In this document: piece after piece, positions 13,001 to 25,000 of the stretch
Layout: each line of letters opens with the position of its first letter
Position numbering within the stretch: position 1 is the stretch's first letter
Origin: Ophelia neglecta
Lineage: Eukaryota
Assembly: GCA_965285935.1 (NCBI GenBank)
Contig: OZ260665.1
Span: forward strand, 64,418,001 to 64,482,000
Direction: 5' to 3'
Length of the DNA stretch: 64,000 nucleotides
Made by a program: the position numbers and the translations under genes
The notes under the pieces: generated by a model
Database searches by the model: none
Told to the model about the DNA's origin: nothing
Seen by the model: only the letters and a program-made list of their open reading frames with translations

Positions 13001-16000
13001 TTCTTTCCTCCTTTATTTTGACAACTTACCCATCGTATGGCTTGTTGTGTAACACTGGTACTTTCATTTACATGCTTATTGACTTAGCACTGCTGGTGCA
13101 GTCATTAAATACGTTATCTTATGGATGGGATTGAGAAAAAAGAATTGATGGTAACTCTCTGAAATAATCTATGATTCAAATCCATCTATACATATATGTA
13201 TATATGCGTTGATAAATATTCTACACGCTTGTGACCTTTCTTCGAAAATCCTTTGGAAGTAAAATATTTCATGGTCGTAAGCACCTAATTAGACTTTCTC
13301 ATCAGTTAGAATTAACTTATTGTTTTTCACTGTCTTCTATTGCCTTTCCAAATCAAGTTTATTTCTATCATCCTACAGCCTGCCATGTTCACGATTCTAT
13401 AGATACATGTGTTAAGGACAAGGCGTTATATCACATGTGTGATAGTTTACAGAATTTTCACTTTCATCGGGATTTCAATTTCAGCTATCAAAGTCACGGG
13501 CCAATATAAGAGCTAACGGAACCGAATAATTAGTTGAATGATACCTTAATGGCTACAACTTCACATTTCACGATACTTAAGTAGGAAAATTTGCCACGAG
13601 ACTTATCACAATTAATTTGGCCTACCAATTGGTAGGCAACAAAACTAGACTTGTAGATTTAACCAGGAAAGATGACCACAACGAAACGCATTAACAATAA
13701 GCTTATGTTGAAACTAGTTTTTTTTCTCGAAAATGTGTGTGCTTTGTGACCATTTTATTGCCAATAGAACCTAGTTAGACTGATCCGCTTCACACCTTCC
13801 ATTGGATTGGATTCCTTAATATGTTTGCCTTTTTTCAATTAATATTCATGCCTTTGTTGCGCAGTAACCTTGGCTTTCCCAATCCCCTCTTTTGTATCCA
13901 CGCATGAGTGAACCCGGAGATTATTACTGATAATGTCCGGCCAAACTCAGGCGAATTTAAAGTTCACTGTATTTTCTTTTTGTAATATAGTCATGAGTTC
14001 ATGTGCATGTTGTCAAGTCTCAAGGTATTTGTATTTTTTGTCCCGCCGCCTACACGAATGTTCTGATGTTTTAAAGGAAAGAGGCGCGATTACAGGCGAC
14101 TTTCGAAGTTATTTTATTTAATGCAATTTCTGAGTTGTTTATTGTGCGCAAAACAGGTTTCCCTGCGAATTAAATTGATTGGCCCAGCCTTGAAGCTACC
14201 CTTCGCAGCAGAGGCCAATGCATAGCTTCTCCGCATGCTACAGGCGAAGAGAACGGAGCTGTGTACTCTGCTACGAAGGAAACCTTGAAGCATGCATTTG
14301 GGGCTACCTGCCTCTTTTGAATTTAGAAACTACAGTAAAACCTGTGAATTAAGACCACCCAAGGGACCGGAAAATACTGGTCTGATTTAGGAGGTGGTCT
14401 GTTAAAAAAGATTATTAAACATTTTAAGTATACTGGGTGGTTCTTATTTTAGTGGTCTGAATTGACAGGTGGTCTGATTATGGAGGTGGTCTTTAAGGCA
14501 GGTTTCACTGTACTTAAATAAACCACAGTCACTTACTTCAATATTAGGACAGGTGAGTTTTGTCTAGATCAAATGCCTGCAGGCAAATAGATATAGCCTA
14601 CAAGTTTATAACGAGGCACCATTCATTTCGTAATCGCGCTGGCCTAATCTGGATTGGGAGAGAGGACATTATTTGAACGATATTGTCTCACCGTCTGACT
14701 GTTACTATACCCCTTGAGTCGTGGAGGGTCTTTTCTGTCTCTGCGATTTCCCGATACAGATAAGGCATGCCCACTGTCTATATGGAGTATATAGACGCGC
14801 AATAAAAAGTATCCTCCCTTCATTATTCAAAACTTTATCCTGTCCTTACATTATAGTATTATTACACGTTTCTCCTGGTGGAAATATGTTAAAGCCGGAG
14901 GCAATACTTTACGTGTCAAATTGTTTGGCTGGTGGCACATTGCCCTGATGAAGACAGGCGATAATTGACGCCCTAGAGATGTTAAAGTTCTCGCGGGTCT
15001 CGGGAAAAGGACGAGGTGAGTCGAATACATGTCGTTTGAAAAGTCGTACGGAACAAAACCTACAATTTAACAAAAGTATATAGGAACTTCGGATCCATTA
15101 TATGTTGGATAATAAATAGTCTTGCGGATGGCTGTTGCATCCGTTTAGGACTGCTTTTGTTGTTGTTGGTGGTAAAAGGTTCGGGCGGTCTCGACCTAAG
15201 GAAGTCACCGTGAATGGATTTCCCTTGAAATAAGCAGAACACAATTCGAACAATGAGATTGTAATCGAGACTACTCTCAAGGAGAATGCAGTGAGGAGAA
15301 TGTATGTGTTTATTAGGCAATTAAAACACTTTACCTACTTGAGGTGATAAATAATTTTGCCGAAATGAAAGGCTCGAGGAATGATGAATAACCCTTATCA
15401 GGTTATTGATGGTTATTACCAGGTTATTGATTATCTCACCGATTACACAACTGAATCAATCATCCTAAAAGCATGGCTATATCCAAATCGGCTTGATTAG
15501 TTTAGGAATATTGAACATTTTGGAATCGTAGTGTTTGAATACTGCAAGTCTGAATAGACTATTGACTATCGTATCAGTGAGAATATATTATGTAAAAAGT
15601 TTAATATAGTCCACACAAGTATGTGAACTTTCCATTTTTATCTCAGGACATGGCCGTCCTACAGCCTTAAAGCCGCCATGGCCGTCAGGACGAACAGTCA
15701 GTAGCAATAACGTACCGTTTAAGTGTCCAACTACGCCAAAAAGTGGACATTATCCTTTCTGTATCATCCTTACCAGTTAAAAGTGTGACATTGAGCTTAA
15801 TATTTGGTTATAATATGATGATGCTATAACTAATAATAATGATGTAAGATTTATTTTGGAGGGCAGCCTCACCTTCGGACTTATAACCTATCTCTAGTCA
15901 GAAGAACGTGACTCACGAAGCCTGTAGGCTTGCAATCATGTGATCTTCACGGCACAGCTTTCTCAAAGTCAACATCATCGTAGTATGCGATGATTTGTCA

Positions 16001-19000
16001 TCGGTTGGACACTTTAAACCAAACATATATACATTTATATTTTGAAAGAAAGAAACCACCAGTATGCCCCTGGGTGCTATGTTGACTATCTTGGCGTGTC
16101 TACTGAAGAACACATCACTTGACTGTAGATCATTAAAAGAAGAAAATAGTACATGCCTACAAATTAGGCTGTCAACATTATCTAATTACATAGTTGTGTT
16201 CACTTTATGTACCTCCATGTTTGCAGTTTTGGAACAGTTAATAAACACCAAACAAAAAGAGGACGAAGGGATAGGTTTTATATATTGTTTTGACAGATCA
16301 TAACCCCGGGGTAACAAGCTTCAACTCACTGGGGGTTAACTTAGACTAGCTTCAAGGCGGGATTTTTTTTTGCGAACTGTCTCTACTGACAATAAAATAC
16401 ATTTACTAGCTTAGGGGTTGACTATATGTAAGCACTATTAATAATATTTGACTTAGGTATGAATTTTAGCGTCTAAAAGTTCGTACCAGCATGAAAAGTT
16501 TGGGAAGAAAGATCACACAGAATACGAAATATGAAATTCTGACCTTCGAACATAGGCCCCTATAAATACAAAACTTTATTGGAAGTGACCCCCGCCTTGG
16601 CGTTATCTGTTCTTGAATCATATATACACTGTTTACAAATTGAACAAGTTTCTATTACCATATTAAATAACCAATCATTGAGCTATAAAATTTGTTGCTA
16701 ATCGTGTCAATGAAAAATTAATAATTTAAAAACATAATTATATATTATTAATTTGTGAGGCAAACCGCCTTTACATTTAAATCTTCCCTGATTGATGTAG
16801 ACCCTAGAGATGTTATCGGAGTGTTATTTATAGGGGAAGACATTCTTACTGTGAGCAGACGTGCTGTGTAATAACGTGTTGTGAGAGCGGTCGTCAAACG
16901 GATGGAAATTTATGGACTCGATAAGAGGATTGTGGTGGAAATCCGAGCAATATCTGGCCAAGCTTGACCATAACCTAACAAACTAAGGCTCTTAGGAGCT
17001 TAACGCCAAACGCGAACCAAAATAATGGAACTTCTTATTAGCTTAACATTTAGAAGCTATGATAACATTTAAACCTGTGATTTTGTACGCAACTATTATA
17101 ACCATGATTTGTTCCACATCCTTATTTACTGTAACTCGACGTGAACGGTTGTATGATGGATACCCGATCCTAAGTATTGAGTGATAATAGGAGGTAAATA
17201 ACATGCGCCAGAAGCCATTCTTACTTTATTCCACTACTTCTAACAATAATTAGATTGCTTTCACTGACGCCATAAAAGAGTAAAGGATGTACATTTCGGT
17301 TTATAGTAGGAAATGCGATTTTATATTAACAGCATTGAAGTACACATTGTGTCAATATCTTACAAAACTTTGTCTCCCTCGCTTATACCATCTACTTATT
17401 ACAATGCTTCATATTTTGGAATTGAGATCATCACAATTTCTGTAGCCTGCCTAGGTAATTCTGTGCGAAGGGCTATGATTTTAATTACGTGTTTCACGTA
17501 TCTACATGTATTCATAAATAAACACATAATCATAGGAGAGAAGGAAAAAAGGAACAGGTAAGGATGGTTTGCGTGACGCTATGGCCAAGATATCGAACGC
17601 ATGCGATTTTTTCTTCTTTAGAAACCAAGATTTACTGCAATTTATCCGTGGTGGGTGGTGAGATTGTTTGTACACATTGATTTAACCTATAGACCTGACT
17701 TTGTTTGGACTATTTTACAGTATAGTATTTTTTTGGGGTATGCTTTTTTATTCGCTATTAACCTGTTATTCACCTTCTTACCTGATGTTTATTATTTCAC
17801 ACTTATGGGGGCTTGACTCATAATAATAAGTAAAATTGGATTTATGCCTAAGTTTATTACAAAAGAACTAACAATCTCAATTCAATGGTGAAAATCTTTC
17901 ACGAAGACGTTTTTATGTAGTCTTTGAAACATTTTATGTTTTATTAGTATAGATCCCAGCCTAACACTTTATGCATATTATTTTTTTGAGCTGCCACCAA
18001 AACCTGTGGTAAAGTTATTCCCGAAATGTCAAGTTTGAACACAGCTTGCGGTTTAATGTCCCTATATACGGGTGAGGATTAATACTGAGAGGGGATTAAA
18101 AGACGATTATATCTACATTTACCTAAGGACCGATTAGTCAAAAGCTAAAAGGCGTGGCATTAACTTCTCAACATATAGAAGTATTTATATTTCACATATT
18201 AAACGGCAGATTTCGGTTTAGCAAGCAGGGACCCGCACACACGTGCAATGGAACTGTTTATTTCTCATTTCACGTTTGAGTTTCAACATATTTGTTATTA
18301 AATACTGGCACCAGGAACCACAGACAATAAGGTAATTTAATCGTGTTGGTGTTATAATACAAAGGAATTCATATTGTCTAAAGCCTAGGGATATGATGGA
18401 AATTGATATTTATTATGACTACAAAAACTCACAGTTGACAGAGCAAATGCCATTGCAATCAAGCAATGATATCATTTCCTCTGTTCAGTAATCTTAATCT
18501 ACAATGTCACCAGAGCTTCCACGTTGCACGATAACAAATTATGATTCTTTGTTGTAAACGAACAAAAGGACCCTGATGATACGGTCACAACCTGTCTGTA
18601 CTATAGCCGTTAGCAAAATTCCAATATTGTAATTTTTTCTCTTCAAACTGTATGTATAGTCAGCAAACAGGTGTTTGAAGTAAATGCTTGTGGTGCCTAA
18701 GATTATTATAGCATTAACTTCACAGCAGTTAAATCGTAATGTATGCAGCTACACTAAACAGGTGATAGTGGTGTCCGTGGCCGAATGTAAGCCCTTGGGC
18801 TTCTTTTTTTGTTCTCACGTAGTGATTATACATAGGAAAAGTCAAAAAAGGAGAACGTAGACAAGAGAAGCGCTGATACTTGAAAATATGGCGTGGGGTT
18901 GTTTTGCAACGTGGGCCTAGTTCCGGCGAGCCTTAAATCGGAATCTGTTTGTGAAGTGAAAAGGACGTCTTGCAATTGACTTCAAGTCTCACAGTCAGTT

Positions 19001-22000
19001 AAAAGTATGACTTTCCTTAAACTCGTCGCTAGTTCGTATCTCAATTTCCAGAATTTGCCAAAATGAAGATGTGCTATGTAATGAAAACCTGTAGCGATTG
19101 AGTGCAGCACTGTGTGTCGATTTTATTAGTAAGAACCTTGGATATATCGTGTAGGCTATGAATCCTGTATAAACCGGATAATGGGACTACACTCTCACTG
19201 CCATAGTAGTTGCCATGAGATAAATCGCTGATCTTCATTATCTGATTACCTGTTTGCAACTTCATCGGATAAATTTCCATAATGATATCAGATTTTGTCT
19301 TTTTTTCAGGAGAGAGATGTCTGGAACAGAATGAGCGCCCTCTCCATTTGGCCCTGACAGCGCGTACCACACCCCATTTCGTCGTTCGGGTTGAGGGGAG
19401 CTGCCGGGACCCCAACCGACGTTCCAGAGAAAACCGCGGAGGGCGCGACCACACACGCCCGGAAGTAGTCCAGAACGACATAAACCGTCGCCGTGAAAGT
19501 AAATCCGTCGATAGAGCTTTCAGCAGAGCATACAGGTTCTCGGACTATGGTCCATCAGGCCCGCGACAGGAGAGGGGTCGAAGCCCCACTAAGAAACCTG
19601 TTATTATCATGCCAAGCCGAGATGATATTTCCGAGAATAGCATTACTTCTAACTTAGGTACTGTAAATGGACGAATAGAAAACAACATGGGTAGTAATGA
19701 TATGGATTTATCAAAACGTGAAAAGAACGTTGTGGTGCGATCGACATCAAAAACCTCATTTCATCGCAAAAAGAAATCTCGGTCACGTGACTCGAGCCTC
19801 GATCGCGATGGCAGTATCACTCCTACCGGAAGTGGGAGGATGGTCAGCAGCTTATTTGGCAAGTCTACCAGTGCCAGGAGGAAGAACGTGCCCGTTACAT
19901 CTCGGACAGAGCTGTCGACCGAGGATAGTGCTCCAGGGGTTCTTAAAATATTCGGCGATTCTATCTCCCCCGGTGCCCAGTACAAGAGCGTTCTGGCGGT
20001 GCCTACTTCTACTGCACAGGAGCTTGTTAAAGAAGCCCTTGAACGGTACTGCATCCCTCGGAAACAGGCCTCCCGATATCTTCTCTGTGATGTCATAGGC
20101 ACGTTTGTTGCTCACAGCATTGACAAAGATGGCACTTCTCCCGAGAAAGGGAAATGGACTGAGGAGTGCATCCGCATCATTGGCGACAATGAGCGACCAC
20201 TAATTTTACAGTCTTATTGGAAACCAGCGGAGGGATACAGTAGAAGGTTTGAACTGCGCCGGCGCAGCGATCTGTTAGCCATGGAGGATATCGACACCAC
20301 TACGTCCGGTGTGAACGCCAATGCACGGCGCATGCTCCTGACCAAGTCGAGGGGCGAGTTGACACCAGACTGTGACTGGGGAACGCTCCAGAAGTCATCT
20401 AGTTGTTACTTTGACGATCCGACCAGCGGCCTCGATCTTATTAAAACTATGAACCAAGCAAATGTGTCGAAATCACAAGATGAGTTGTGCTCGCCCGGGA
20501 AAGGTACAGACAGTAGTGTTATTGATTTATTTGGGGAAGCAACAACGAAAGATAAAAGCATCGACAATGTACGAATTCCCCAGACACATCCATATTTCAT
20601 AATTTTACTGGGTTGTGATAAGAACACTGACAAGTTGGTATATATTCTCCGAGAACCCCTAATCATGATTGGTGGAACCAAGCAGGGCTTGAATCAAAAC
20701 GACATTTATTTGAATTCACCCGACTTATCGAGCCCACATTGTTGGCTCCATATGTCGGATGATCCTGGAAGCGGACAGGGACAAGGCCCTGAAAGTACCA
20801 AGCATGTGAGTGTTGATCCCTTACAAGGCTGCATTGTGGCAGTGAATAATGTTAGAATCGAAGTTCAAACTACCCTGAGGACAGGTGACGTCGTTTCGAT
20901 CGGATCAAATTATGTCTTTCTCTTTAAAAATCCCGAAACGGACAACGCCTTTTCCAAGGAAAACAGTTCTCGTCTTTCCGAAGTGGTCAATTCAAAAGGA
21001 AACTCGCTGAAAATTGACGTTTCCGGTTCCGGGAAAGAATATCCCAGTTCAACAGAACCCCATGATGTAGTTCAGTGGCGTTTGCGTAAGAACAGTGATT
21101 ACGAATCCGACCAGACGAGACTGAAAGTCTCCTTCCAGTTAGGGAAGGAGATTGAACTTGTAGACCTGATAACCCATATCATTGACAAATTCCCAAATGG
21201 TTACAAATTGAGTCCTGCATATCTAATTCTCATGACACTGGAATACTCAGCAGTCAAACACGAACAGACACATACCAGGACCCTGCTGCTGAAAATTGCA
21301 ACGCAGATACAAAATATCGTGTGGGTAAGTATAGTCATCACATACAATGAACAAAGGGCATGCATTTATGATTTGATTTGATTTTGTAAATACATGTACA
21401 TGCACACTTTATTTCTTGGAAAATTGCAACCTTATGTGAATTTCTGGTTCGAAATACTTTATTTCAATCCTGTCTTATTCTATCTTGTTCTGTTCTTAAT
21501 TGAAGGAGAAAACTAAGGATCTGGCAGACAAACAGTCGTTAATGTAAGTGTGAAAAGAAGCATTTTATCTCTTATGACGCACTACCAGGATAACATTAAA
21601 ACATTGTTTTGTCCTTCCAATGACCAATATTTCATAGCGTTTACGGCCAATTATGTTACCTGTAATTTGGAGCAAAATATTGCTAGAGTAATCCTTCTTC
21701 AAGCACATAAGTTTCCCTAGAAAAATATAGCTTTTAAAGCCTCGGTGGGAAACAGATAATAGCAAGGTATTACTGTTACGCGAAAACCTTTTTATGCTGG
21801 GTTTGACGGTACAAAAGAAGACCCATGACTGCAACTTTTTCAGTAAAATGAGTAAATTTCTATTTCTGTGTGCTCCTGTTTTCAGAAATGTATAGAAAAA
21901 ACTATCAGTGTACGTTGTTTGAAATATTAAAAAGGGCTTGGCATGGCATGAAAACTATTTCGCCCAATGATGAAATTTATTGCAAGGACTTGGAAATCTG

Positions 22001-25000
22001 GGAGTCGGGGTTATTTAATTGGTAAACGCCGAGAGCCGGACCTACCGGCTTGGTATTTCAAAAGCACAAAACGATACAGTTGCTATCAAAAATTGATATC
22101 TATAGACTCACTGGCATCTTCTCCCGTCGAGTTGTAAATCACTTGGGTGACATTTGACCTCGCTGGAGATGGGCCAATAGTGACTTTATTGTGTTTTGAT
22201 TTAAGGCGTTTTACCACTTACACTTATATTTATGTAGCGTAATTGAAAAACGAGTTCCTATTTGTTATTCCAATATTATGCTACACGTTTGAAGTACAAA
22301 TATAACCATGGCACATATTTTTGCTTTCGACAGCACATAACGGTATATTGGTATAGATGTACGTAGTTGTTCATAACTTTCAAATGCAGTTGTCGGCCGT
22401 ATATATGTGGTATACATTAATCATATGTGGATAAATTGAACAATCGTACGCGATTCTACATATGCAGCAAACAATGTTTCTTTTTCTTTGACTGCAATTT
22501 GCTACACCTTTTGTCGATCAACTCGCAGTTACTTTACCAAGTTTCATCAACATCAATCCACGTAAAAGTGTGTTCCTCTTCCACTGGGACTTGTGATTTG
22601 CCATATCTTAAAAAAAATATATAGGCTTATAACATAATGCGTCATTTTTTTTCTATAAAATACAGGGCTTCACATACTCAATCAGTGATTTCAGAACTTT
22701 TACCCGCGTTACGACCTGTCGTTTTGTGGATGTCAAACGGCCTGGAACTTCTCTATCATCTTCAGGTAGAATAGGACACAGCATGCTTTTATAACAGATT
22801 GCTTGAGATAGTCGTCTTTTTTTACATTTTGTACGAGAATATATAAAAAAATATATTCTTAAGCTTGACCAGTGAATTTACATTTCTTACAGAATAATCT
22901 GAGTGAATATGTCATGGACCCTCTAGTTTCTCTTCCGCCGGAAGCTCGAGCGTCCATTGCAGAAGCAGACGATGAAATTTTAGCGGTGCTAGAAGAGGTG
23001 GTGATGTACACGTTTCAGCAAACCGTTTATTACCTTACCAAGGTAACTTAACTCCGTCTACTCCAATAAACATATATACCATATGTCATTCAAATAGACA
23101 TGGCAATAGCCTAACTGGTCCCCGCATATGAATTTTGACTGCAAATGATACACATGTACATGTTTAATGCTTTACACGGATATCAAATGAAACCGATACC
23201 TGATAATCTAAGCCTCAATACTCTTCAGACGTTATATGCCACATTGCCGCTGATCCTTGACAGTAACCCTTTCGCACCTGACTCTGACGATATGGACCAC
23301 CAATCGGCAGGCGTCAGGCAGGTAAGTTGATCAGCAGGCGTTTCACTGAGCAACAAAGAACCACCACGTCTACCTGTACAGTCTTGCAGACATCCCAGAC
23401 AATAGAAAACACAGTCCTACGTAGTCTTTCCAATTAAAAAAGCGACCTCTGCTGCTGCGATTTACTAGGACTAATCATGTCAATTATGTCTTTAATACCA
23501 GGTGTTATCAGTGTACCAATCAGCCTTCAACCTGCTGCGCGATTTCCATCTTCACCGATCCGTGCTCTCCCAACTATTTTGCTACCTCTTCTTCTTTACC
23601 AGCACGTCGCTTTTCAACACCCTTATCGGGAAAGGTAAGATAATAAAACTCTTAATGCCCGCAAAATCTCATATCACCAAATGTCTTAATGATCCTTCTC
23701 ACAACTTAACACAAACAAGGAAAAAGGGCATTGTGATTCAATGTGAAATATTGAACTTGTTTATTATTCCCTTGTTTAATTCATTCAATGATTGAAACGA
23801 TATCGGCGTTCGGTTTAAATTAAATTCACGTATTGTCTATCCTCGTCTGTATCATATAAAATCATATTGACATTGAGTCTGACAATTGGTTCAGTACAGG
23901 CGATCAGTGACTGTCTTTGCTGACTGACACGGGGCTCAGTGAGCGCAGTTCAGTCACGACAATGTCAAAAGTAATAGTCTACAAAGTGCACAATGATATG
24001 TAATTGATGCCATGTCACGTGATGCAATGCATCGTAACAGTTTCTTCCTGCTTAACTTACAACTGCTTGTAATATGCTTAGTGGATGTTTTTGGTCTATA
24101 ATTTGCAGGCGTTTTGTAACGCAAATGTTAATTTGCTGTTTATTTCCTGCTTACTTAGAGTATTTGCAGTGAAACCTGCCTGAAAGACCATCTCTAAAAT
24201 CAGACCACCTGCAAATTCAGACCACTAATGTAATGGCCAAAGTATACTCTTTCAGTGTAAGATAACCTGTGTAAACAGACCCCCTTCCTAATCAGACCAG
24301 TAATTCACAGGTTTCACTGTAATTAGCTACCATGTTACTATTGGATATTATTTGCCTATTGTCGTTGACAGAGTATGATTATACAATGTTTGCTCCATCG
24401 TGATATATCTTCATATGTCGATTTTTGCGCTCCTTATTAACTAACTATATTTATATTTGACCATATATTTTGACGTCCAGTGTTGCCTTCATTGTCACAA
24501 TACTTTGTTCTGCTGATTTATTTAAGATATATCTGTTTTATAGTAAATCTGTTCAAAACAATATCAATCACTTTGAATGTCATGTCCATTTCTCCCCTGT
24601 ATATATGTATAAATGTTATAGGGCGTCCAGTCCTCACGGCCTCGGCTATTACTGGCGTCCTGGTGTTACATTTGATTCGTCATCAATTGCTCGTTTGTAC
24701 ATGTTGATATGTTGTCTAAGTAGCACCAATTAAACTAAATTCAATCAATCAATCCATCCATCTAGGGCCCAGCCAGCGAGACTTTAGGTGGAGTAAAGGC
24801 GTACAGATGCGGGGTAATCTGGACGTCTTGGAGCAATGGGCTTCGGACGTCAAACTATACGAGGAGGCGTCAACCTACCTCGTCAAGGTCAACGCCGTGG
24901 CTGACCTTCTGGCAACACCCAAAGTCCAACTTTTACAGGTAATCTAAGCAGCAAACCCGCCTGGTTGCAAATAAAACCTGTAAAGCAAGCATGTACTGTC

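Noticed and set aside
14943-14975. CTGATGA as a hammerhead ribozyme core (also near 5002, 12150, 18573, 28771)
   Set aside because: No stem II followed by GAAA and no closing stems could be built.
19282-19309. ATG at 19282 as the RADIL start codon
   Set aside because: It lies in the polypyrimidine tract of the 19310 acceptor; the domain continues from an upstream exon.
19697-20681. Alternative-frame and antisense ORFs over the big RADIL exon (similar ones at 25835-27228 and 53994-57871)
   Set aside because: They are shadows of real coding exons with no independent motifs.
22001-22060. tRNA or SINE-like A-box resemblance
   Set aside because: No B box or cloverleaf could be built.
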